A stretch of 64,000 nt of DNA from Podarcis liolepis (lineage: Eukaryota): NCBI GenBank assembly GCA_965112155.1, contig OZ218102.1, one strand, 5' to 3'. The stretch's first letter is position 1; each line of letters opens with the position of its first letter. The translations under genes and the position numbers were made by a program. Below are positions 54,120 to 64,000 of this stretch, piece by piece. The notes under the pieces were generated by a model, which saw nothing but the letters and a program-made list of their open reading frames with translations, ran no database searches and was not told the DNA's origin.

Positions 54120-54937
54120 CAAACCTGTGTATGTTGCCTGATGTGTAACCTGGTACCATTGCAAACCTGTTGCCCAGGACCCCAGGATCCACAGAACTGC
54201 TTTGTCATTGTCACTGAGAGTTTCTCTTCTCTTTCTCCGCTTTTTCTTCCTGACTTTGCAAACCTGCAAATCCATTATAACACCTTTCTTCAGCTGGTCC
54301 AGATGGTTTAATTTTATGATGCTTATTTCCCTATGGGAGTGCTGTCCTTATCTACTTTTTCAAAAAGTACTGCTTTTATTTCTTAGGTGGAGGAGGAGGC
54401 ATTCCAGAACTAAAATCAGCGGACTGGAAGCACATGTTAGCTCAGATGCAATGCTAAATGGGGATGTTTTTGTTTATCGGGGAGGGGGGCATCCTTCCGT
54501 CAAAAGCGTTTGTATCAACAAGCAAAGCAACTACCCTGCAATGCAAAGAGGGGTTGTGGTGTCTTATTGCTTTCACGTTAAAATGTTCACCAGGGGAGAG
54601 GTCTTAACTTTTCACTGTAAGATGTTGGATGTCACTGGAAAGCAAGAGATAGCAAGCAAAACAGACTCAGCAAAAAAAAGTGGGGGGGGGGAGGAAAGCT
54701 GAAGTTATTACAATAACGTATCATCTTGTTCTGTAGATTGGAGAGGGTGGCAGGCTTGTCGTGTTGATAAAGGTTTTCTGATTTGTCGTTCCACCTTCTC
54801 TTCCTTCTTTCTGTAATCCACAGCATGCCTTTCATTACTTTTTCATATACTGACACTGCATATTCTAAGACTTCACGTTTGTAATTTATTTTGTGTAAAA
54901 AGCATTTTATAAAAAAAGAAAGAAAGAAAATATTCCT

Positions 54938-55032
54938 ATTAAAACACAGAGTTTCCCCATTCTGCATGCTAGATTGCTCAGCATATTTCTTTCAGAAAGT
55001 CCCCCTCCCCTAATTTCATCAAATCTAATAAA
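54938..55032 (+). terminator. Candidate polyadenylation signals of CD1 3'UTR (ATTAAA 54938-54943; AATAAA 55027-55032)
   Basis: Hexamers about 0.8-0.9 kb after the CD1 stop; GT/T-rich sequence follows the second (gtgtgtgggtttttttgg). Confidence 0.45.
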
Positions 55033-55782
55033 GTAATTTGAATCATTATTACAAAAAGAGGGATTTATAAGTGTGTGGGTTTTTTGGTGGGGTAGATTTT
55101 GCAAGCATTTGGCTTGAAGTACTCCAAATGAAACCTATTTCTTAAATGATAATTTTATTAAATTGGGTAGCTGGCTCTCTGAATACATGACAAGCTAGAA
55201 GAAGAAAAAAGGCTAAAGGCGAAAATAGATGGAGAAGCTAGAGCTATATAGGCAAATATCTGCCATTCTGTGGTAAAAAGCAGAGGGAGGGGCAGGGAAT
55301 TATTTGGATCATGGGAATAGCACTGGGGAGATGGAGATTGAACATTTTTCCTCAAAACTGCTTTTAGCCATAGAGTGGGGGGAAGAGAGGTGTCTATACT
55401 GCCCCAGACTAGCTTGCAGAGGAAAGTGGACTTCAGAAGCAGTTTTTCATAAAATGCAGAGGTCCGTCAACCTGAGCCAGGTGTAAAATAGTGATTGGCA
55501 GTGGAAGGGGGCAATTCTCTTAAAAATAAGGAACAAGGTCCCTTTGATCATATTCACAGACCAGGGATTTGTTTTCAGTATCAAGAATGAGCTCACAGGT
55601 CTGCAATATACAAAATCCACTTGGTTTTCCCCCTCAGCTTTCTTCATTTCAGTAGCCTGGTTTTTTTAGAAGAAGAGGGGGGCCAATTTTTAAATTGTTG
55701 CTAGTCTTGAACAATTAGTGAGTCAGAAACCCTTGGTTATCTACTGAAACTCTCCAATGTCCTACCTTCTGTCCATCTAGGG

Positions 55783-56033
55783 CAGGGGTCAGCAACCTTT
55801 TTCAGCTGTGGGCCGGTCCACCGTCCCTCAGACCATGTGGTAGACCAGACTATATTTTGGGAAAAAATAATGAACGAATTCCTATGCCCCACAAATAACC
55901 CAGAGATGCATTTTAAATAAAAGGACACATTCCACTCGTGTAAAAACATGCTGATTCCTGGACCATCTGCAGGCTGGATTGAGAAGGCGATTGGGCCGCA
56001 TCAGGCCCATGGGCCTTAGGTTGCATACCACTG
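55783..56033. mobile_element. hAT MITE
   Basis: caggggtcagcaacct...aggttgcataccactg; perfect 8-bp TSD atctaggg (55775-55782, 56034-56041). Confidence 0.88.
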
Positions 56034-57300
56034 ATCTAGGGCATAGGAAGCAAGGTGACTTCCATCAGAGAAAGCATTGATTCCCCTTTTCAACACCATA
56101 GCAAAAGAGTCTCACTCTGGATATTCTTTCCATGAAAGAAAATGACAGTGGGTGATTTAATCACAGATCTTTGCTGTTGTACCCTGATTAGGATGTGAGT
56201 TCATCTCATCACATCTTTCCTCTTGCCCCTTCAAATCAGAATAATTATATTAAAACTAATATTTAAGAGAAGTGTTAATGAACAGTGTCAAAAGAAAGCA
56301 TGTATTTGGAGTGAACTTTAAAAGCTTAAAGCCAGTTTGTTGGGCTAATATTATCAGTCATGCACAGACAAGTAATTACAAGGGTACTTTAGTTAAAGGT
56401 CTAAAAATATGCTGCTTTTCTTCACCGTCTGGCTTTTTCTCCAGTGGCTCTTGGGACAAGTATGGATGGCTCAATCAAAAATTGCTGAAGGTAGATTCTA
56501 TTTTGTCCCAGAGCCAAGCGCTGCAAACTTCATCACTTGAGTTCTGCTGACACATTAGAAAATGCTTTGTGCTTAATAAAGTCTCCTATTCAAGGTGGAG
56601 TTTATTTCAGGTCCAGCGTATGTCATCAGTAGCAATAATAGCCAGCTATGTAGTGAGTACAGTAATCAATTCATTTTCTTTTCTTGCTACAACAGAAGTT
56701 TAACATTTTTGAGCACTCTTGAGTATAGCACGACTTCAGGAACAGCAGGAACTCCTGAAATAAGTGGTTTCTAAATCTGTAAGTTTCAATTTGCTTCATT
56801 CTGTTATTTCAGAATGGCACTGAAATTGAATGAAATGCTGCAGTGCTGCATAACTAGCTAAATTTTCAAGCCTTATCAACATACTGTAACATGCTGCCAT
56901 ACAGTGTTCGAGTTCCTTTAAGTAATGGAAAGTTCAGGGCAGCCTTTAAAGCAGGGGTGAGAAACTTGTGGCCCCCCAAAAGACACATGAAAGCATAAGA
57001 GCCCCGCTGGCCCATTTAGTCTGGCATCCCGTTCCCACAGTAGCCAACCAGATGTGTAGGGGAAGCCACCAAGCAGGGCATGAGCAGCACAGAACTCTCC
57101 CACTTATGTTACCCATCAACTGGTATTCAGAAACATACTATCTCCTATACTTCTATACAAGACGGGGCCCTCTTGCTAGTTCCACCACCCTCCTAAAACT
57201 TTTGGTTAGGGGGAGTGGCCCAGGAGAGGGCATTATCTGTGGCATCCCCTAAGCTGTAGGACTCCATCCCCATAGAGATGCATCTGACAACTTCATTATA

Positions 57301-57543
57301 CAGTGGTACCTTGGTTTTCGAATGTAATCCGTTCCGGAAGACCGTTTGACTTCCAAAACATTCAAAAACCAAGCCGCAAAGGGCAGACTGCAAATTCAAT
57401 AGAGAAAATGGGGGGGGGGGCTCAGTGGAAGCCGTTTGATTTCCGAGGCGCATTCAAAAATGGAAGCATTTACTTCTGGGTTTTCGGCGCTTGAAAACCA
57501 AAGCGTTCGACTTCCGAGACGTTCAAAAACCAAGGTACCACTG
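57301..57543. mobile_element. Tc1/mariner (pogo/Tigger-like) MITE
   Basis: TA-cagtggtaccttggttttcgaa...ttcaaaaaccaaggtaccactg-TA. Confidence 0.88.
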
Positions 57544-58178
57544 TACAGTTTTTGGGAAATGCTGAAGACTCACCTCTTTACTCTGTCACAACCCACCCTG
57601 GGACCTTAGGGTGAAGGGTGGGGAATATATTAAAATAGTGGTGATGATATACTGAAGGGGTTTGCTGTCAGATTCCAGTTCACGTCACCCTCATGCTAGT
57701 CAGTAGCCAGGGAGGAACTGTTTCCAGAAGCATCTGTAGGGCTATGGGTTTCCCATTCCTGCTTCTCGTGATCAGTTTGTCTTGATGCGGAGCCCGCTGG
57801 GAAATTATCATGTTGCTGTATATCTGGGGTAGGGAACCTGGGGCCCTACAGATGTTATTGGACTACAAATCCCATAATTCTTGATCATTGTCCATGACAG
57901 TTGGAGCTGATGAGACTTGGGAGCTCAACATCATTCACAGGTTCCTCACCTTGGCTGTGTACAAATTAACCTGTTATTAAGAGGGTGCATCAGCAATCAC
58001 ACAAGCAGAGTCCCTCCCATAGTCAAGTCCTTGTGCATAATTTAAAGCAAAAATCAAAATAATCTTCGTTTTTACCTTTCATGTTAGACCAGACATTTTT
58101 TCCAGCCCTTGTGAAAATGTGTGGATTACATGTACCTGTCTGTGAGCAAGTAAGCCTCATGAAGTTCCAGCAGGCTTA

Positions 58179-58248
58179 TTATTGTTGTTGTTTAGTCATT
58201 TATTCATGTCCGACTCTTCGTGACCCCATGGACCAGAGCACGCCAGGC
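58179..58248 (-). mobile_element. BovB/RTE LINE extreme 3' fragment
   Basis: ttgttgttgtttagtc...tgtccgactcttcgtgaccccatggaccagagcacgccaggc is the reverse-complemented BovB end with (CAA)n tail; caggctta direct repeat at 58171-58178 and 58244-58251. Confidence 0.8.
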
Positions 58249-61200
58249 TTACTCCAAGGCAAATGGATATAGGATTGCAGCCTCAATTACTGTTATTCAG
58301 GTTAAACCTGAAGATGGAGCCTTACATCATGTTGAGGTCCTTAAAAACAGTTTCCATGTGCTATGACATCTGTAGTATGTTTAGATTCCATTACACTTCC
58401 TACTTTGAACAAAGCTAGTCATGTGGGTTTGAAGGGCTGATATGGGCAGACCAGAGAGGGCACGCGAAATCTATTACTGAAGAACATATTTTTCAAAGCA
58501 CTAAATTATTCAGAACCAAATGGCCATTGCCTTTCAAAATTAGTTTCTAGTGGATCTCATCAAGAGGATAATGAATCTCTAATCATGTGTGACCTTCCAT
58601 ATGCAAGTGGGTCAGCCAGTACACAAGAAGCCTGTTTACAAAGGTTTCTTTAGTTCAGCCAAAGTTTAGACTAATCTCCTGGGTGAAATGAATGCTGTCA
58701 TTCTAAAGAATGCTTTTTAGGGCCATAAATGGTGTCTTTTTTCCAACATAAATTATCATTTTGTTTGGGGTGGGATGCCATTTGCCCATGTTTCAGGTAG
58801 ACCCGTAACCACCCCACTTCTTTTCAGGTAGACATAATTAAGGCCACATAGACACCATAAATTTAAAGCAATAGCTGACAGAATTCTTCAGAGGAAGACC
58901 TGGTGCTTTAAATGTATGGTGTGGATGTGGCTTCTGGCTGGCCTACTCTTCTTTTCTGCTTGTTTTGAAACCATCCTGTTTTTTTCCCCTTCCCCATACT
59001 TCCTATTTTAGCATTTCCTGCCATTTGTAAAGGGCAAATATATGAACTTTTTTGGTGCCTCCAATGTCTTTTAAAACAGGAGTAAAAGAAATTGCACCAC
59101 AAGGATATCTCCTACTGCACATATCTGCAGCATGTAACATAAAGTGTCTGAAGCCATTGAGAAGACCAGTGTCCTCTGTGCTAGATATCTTGTTAGAAGT
59201 TGGCCATTTTTAGCGTTGAGGGCCATGCGCACCTGAAGTTTGGCATTTTAAGGCCCCTTGAAAATTCAGTCCAGCTGACACTGCTCTGAGTGGCAAACCA
59301 TTTTTGAAGCACTGTTTGATCAGAGACCAGAGAGGGACTCTGAAAAACTATATTCTGTTTACAGCAAGGATAGAATGGAACTGATTAAAGAGAAACAAGT
59401 GATCCTTCCATGAGCTATTTGAAAAGAGCCTGTGTATTTATCATTTACAGAGATAGGCAGTATCTTTGAAGCTTTAAATAGTAAAACCTTTATCTCAGGA
59501 GCCAAAAGTTGCAAGAAAGCATGTTCTAATTCTACATTCTGTTTACTGCCTTTGATTTGGATCTATCTTTTGGGTTTCATACAAGATAACAACTAAAATA
59601 TGTTTAGAGTAAGGCAAATACACATAGGAATCTATCTATCCAGTAACTGGAGTTGACAAATTATAACTCCTTTAAATCTGTATCACCAAAAAATTGCAGG
59701 ACAGTATGCAAACAATTGTGCAAATTATGTTTCTTGTATCCAGAAGTGGTGTATATTTACAGAAAGTGTTCTGACATCTGCTGCTGTTTGGACATGATTA
59801 TATATCATTATTTGTTTTTTGAGATTTAAGAGATTTTTGCTCAGCTACTAGTATTCATTGAATAGTAATCCAGAAATGTTGACAGTTTGCAGGAGATAGG
59901 TCTATGGTTTTCCTTCAAGCCACTAGAATTACAATGTAGCTTTCACATTTAGCCAAAACCATAAATGCATTTTCAAGTTTTTTGTCTTCGTAACAATAAT
60001 GATTAGAAATGTGCCTTACTTTTAAGAAAGAAAGATTGAAAACCAAAGTTGTCAGGAATTCAAATTATCTAAAAGATCATTGGTTGCACACATTGAGTGC
60101 AACTTAAGAGACTGGTAAAATGTGGTGGCAGGATTTCTAGTAACGACTGCATGTGTATAAGAAATATTATGTATATTGGTTCTTCTCCAGTTTTCCTTTA
60201 ATACATTGGGCAATAGCATGGCAACCATTGCCAAAATATTTTGAGGTCTGTTTTATAAAAATAAGAGAGAGAGAAAAGTATTATTTTGGTTTTATTATGA
60301 ACAGTTTGCAGGTTATTACATAACTATTATGTAATGTTTTGTTATGAACAGTTTTATTTGACACTATATCATTCAGTGCATATCAGTTCCCCGGCCTCTG
60401 ATGTTGCTAAACTCCAGCTTCAATCAAGTCCAGCCAGCCTGCTCAGTGATCAGGGATGATGAGACTTGTAGTCCATCTGGAGTCCTACAGGTTCCCCATC
60501 CCTGAATTAAAGCAATAGTGTTGCTTATTTTGCTTGCAATATTGGATCACAGAAGCGTGTGCTCGGAGACAATGAGCTTCTTCCTTCTAGTGGCAGCTCT
60601 TTAAAACGTCATCTGAAGACTGAACCATCTAGAACATGATCATTGAGACTTGGGAAGCTGCGACCTGGCCAGCAGAAGAAGTATTATTGCCAGTCTCTAT
60701 GTAAACGTAGAAGTGCTTTTGAGAATTGCCACTTGGGCTCTGAGCCATCTTGGTTTTGGAGACTGTGGGTGGAGTTGCACATTCTATTGCTACCTTGTGC
60801 CTTAAAACCCGGACCACAACCTCTCTTCTGCAAAGTTGCATTCACAGGGAATAACAATGAGGACAAGGAAGTGGGTGGCAAGGTCTTTTCTGCCCACCCA
60901 GTACTCCTCACATCTAGGGTTTCAGGTCCATATTGCCATTGTGAGGATATACTGTACCTGAAACCTTAACTGGTGGGTTTTCAGGAGGAAATCAGTAGGT
61001 GGGAGAAGGCTTAAGCTGCCCCCCTCCTGCCTGCTGTTTCTCCCTATAAATTATGGCCTCTCGAACAACTCCCCCCCCCCAACTTTCAGATCTATGTTTC
61101 TGTCAGTCAGGCACGCCAACTGGGGTGGGAGTGGTTGTGTGAAGGTGTGTCTGTGGAACAATGAACAAGGGAAAGTTAAGTTCCCCTGCTGCTCTCTGCA

Positions 61201-63541
61201 GCAGCGAGCCAGAGTTTTAACCATGAGGCAGCAATGGAACATGCCATACAAAAGAATAAAGCAATACTGCTTAGGTAGACTTTGAAAAGTCATTGATAAT
61301 CCTAGTGATAAATCTCCATTTTAGATGTTCATTACTTTCCTATCAAATGGACTACAGCAATAATTTACCTCTGATAATCCAATACACAAGCTGAATGCTA
61401 ATAGAAAAGCTTTGCAGATGGTAATATTAAAAATTAAATGTGATCCTCCAGACTCTTCTTTATTTCCCCCCTAGGTGTCATTAAATTGTTTCCCTCATCT
61501 GCTGCCTCTCTACTAGTTTAGCCTTAATATAATTGTGTGCATGTCTGCTTCAAGATAAAAAAATGTAAGTCCTAAACAGAACATGAAGAGATCAGTCCAG
61601 AGGAACTTAAGTGCTCTTAAAGCTGACTAAAACCAGTTGTCCATAAGCATGCAATTAAACACCTAATCTGGCAATCAATGCACAGTTACTGGGGGGCTGA
61701 GTCCCCTTGAATTTAGTGGGATATGTCGTGAGAAGATGTTAAGTCTTCAAAACTGCACCCTGGAAATGGATGCTGTCCCTTTGGCAGCTAGATCAGGCAT
61801 ACAGCACAGCAGCTGCCCATTTCACCTTCTGTCCTTTGCCTGCCACATCCACTCTGCAGCACATTTTGAATCCGGCTTTCTACAATAGGGAGCATGGGGT
61901 GGAACAAAGGTATCAGAGAAAATGGGTAGGGGAAGCCACAGCTACTTGCATCCCAATAGGTAAATCCAATTGTGTTTGTTCCGAAGTAACTGTGCATGGG
62001 ATCGTCGTCTGCCTACCAAGTCATTTAAAGATTCCGTCTGTGAACACACCAAACATTTAAAGCACATCCCCCACACTAAAGAATCTTAGGAAATGTACTG
62101 TACTCCTCACAGAGTTAGAGTCTCCTGGAACCCTTAACAAACTACAGTTCTCCATTCAGTGGATTGCAATGTTTCCCTTCTACTGATAAAAGGTAGAATG
62201 GGGAAGAAAAGGAATTTCCGATGAAAGACTTCTGTCAACAGAAACATTGGATGCTACCCAATAGGCAGTGGAGCAGCGTGACACTGTTGCTCTCCTGGCT
62301 TCTCAACATAGCAGCTGATTGGCACTTCCCAGGAGGGGGGAGGTGCTTGGTCCACGGTAGCAGAGCCAATCTGCCACCACAAGGCCAGGTTCCTTGCACC
62401 TCACCCCTCCACAGTAACCCACTGTGTCAGGAAGCCAGGAGAGTGATGGTGTCTGACCGGGCCCACCTCAGCAGCCACTACTGACCTGTAGCTCCGCCAT
62501 CCAAACTCCCAAGCTGCTTTGAAATTTCTCCTGGTTGGCTCCAGCTTGGAGTAGATCCATTGAAATCAATGGGGCCTAATTTAGTCATGACTAACTTGTA
62601 GAGCCATTAATGCACCTACTCTAAGCAAGCTAATTCTGGGTCCAACCCTCCATTGGCTTTAAGCTATTCAGTACTGTGATACATGAGGTGCTACCAGGAA
62701 ACTTATTTCTGAGGGGCAGATCCTGATTTTCAGTATGTTCCATTCCGACCACAGTTCCATCTGAACTACGGATTTGATGGGAGATCTTCCTAGATGTGTC
62801 TTGACTTTCTGAAGTGACCCTATGGAAGGTTCCAAGGGCAGTAGATACAAGGGGAAGGCTTTTGAATATCTGACATGTGGCCAGCAGCTTTTAACTACAA
62901 ATAGATGTTCCACCTTTGTTTCTATGCATTATTAGGAGGGGGGAGAGAGAGAGTGTTATGCATATCTCCTTGGGAGATCTAGGATTAGGATATGGTACCC
63001 AGCCCATGTCAAATGAACCTTGCCTTCCTTGGTCAATTTTGGGTTCTCATTTTTATTATTCTGTTGGCAGTAATAATCCAAAGAAACCCACAGTAATCCA
63101 GTATTTAAGATATTTATGGCCTATTTTCATACTGTTGCCATCATTATCTGTTTCTTTCTATCTTGATCATTATTTCCAATGCATTTGCCCAAGAGCCACC
63201 CTCATGTTAATGCCTTTGATGCCCTTTTTATACAAAGGTGAAACAAAGAAAATGTGATTGCCTCCCACATTCGTGTTCCAAATTAAGTCTCAAGGACCTT
63301 CTAGATTGGGAACCTGAAGCACAGCAAGGAAAAGTCCTCATAAGGATGCAACATAATCTATATGTCATGTTATTTGTTTTAGGGTAGTTCTACAGAATTC
63401 AGTGGGATGTACTGTGAGGCCCATAATGTTCTATTGCAAAGTCTTTACATTTTGAAGAAAATGATATTGTTAAAATGCATATTTATATTTACAACTTGAA
63501 TAGCTGGATTAATGTCCTGTTTTTCTTGTGCTTAATTTCAG

Positions 63542-63563
63542 GCGTGGATATGCACAGCAAGAG
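63542..63563 (+). CDS. PCDH15: Probable PCDH15 22-nt alternative microexon (M)RGYAQQE
   Basis: tttttcttgtgcttaatttcAG|GCGTGGATATGCACAGCAAGAG|GTAAGA; strong sites; open in the phase-2 frame of upstream donors; exits in phase 0. Confidence 0.6.
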
Positions 63564-64000
63564 GTAAGACACACCCTATATTTTAGTAAGAAGTTACCAT
63601 TTACATTTTTTCTCTTCAGCATAGCTTGGATAATTTTTGCATTTTATATTATTTGACTCACTGAACACAACATTTAAACTGCATTATCAATGAGAGTTGA
63701 GGATCTGCACAGCCGCAAGTGGAGTCCACTCAGGGATTTCCAAATACAGCACACCTGGCACCTCCTCGGTACCTGTTTTGTGAAATGCCTTTCCAAATTC
63801 TGTAATTATATTTCAAAAAAGTAATTTTTGCAGGAATGCTTGCCTAGTATCGGAGCATTAGAAGTTGGAATGTTTCATGAATAGGGCCTGCACAAGGCAT
63901 TCTGCATAAGAATATATGAAAGCCTCTCTCCCATTTGTTGTTCAAAACCCAGTTGGACTGGCAGTTGTGAGATAAATGGGCTCAGGGAGCTAGAACCAGA

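Noticed and set aside
54120-64000. PCDH15 CD2/CD3 exons (YEMPQYGSRRR...)
   Set aside because: Not found in this window; probably downstream.
1-64000. CRISPR arrays, operons or other prokaryotic systems
   Set aside because: The sequence is vertebrate intron/exon DNA with no regularly spaced repeats or dense ORFs.

Overview
Eukaryotic (vertebrate) genomic DNA, about 40% GC. The repeat content points to a squamate reptile, probably a lacertid lizard (inference): Sauria SINEs, a tRNA-Lys/CR1-tail SINE, a Squam3-like SINE, a BovB fragment, CR1/L2 fragments, hAT and Tc1/mariner MITEs, and Penelope-like elements. The window holds the 3' part of protocadherin-15 (PCDH15) on the + strand. Six phase-compatible internal exons encode the last cadherin repeat, the membrane-adjacent domain, the transmembrane helix and the juxtamembrane region. 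There are also 9-nt and 6-nt microexons, the large terminal CD1 exon ending in a PDZ-ligand (-STAL), and a probable 22-nt microexon near the window end. The CD2/CD3 exons are not seen and presumably lie downstream. Almost all other ORFs in the track are spurious. The most unusual structure is a young Penelope-like insertion at 44078-44682, in the intron after the transmembrane exon. It forms a 242-bp near-perfect inverted repeat with a minimal hammerhead-ribozyme motif in each arm, one of them sense to the PCDH15 pre-mRNA. I cannot claim a wholly new system; the best candidates are this ribozyme/hairpin cassette and the microexon/tandem-acceptor splicing cluster.
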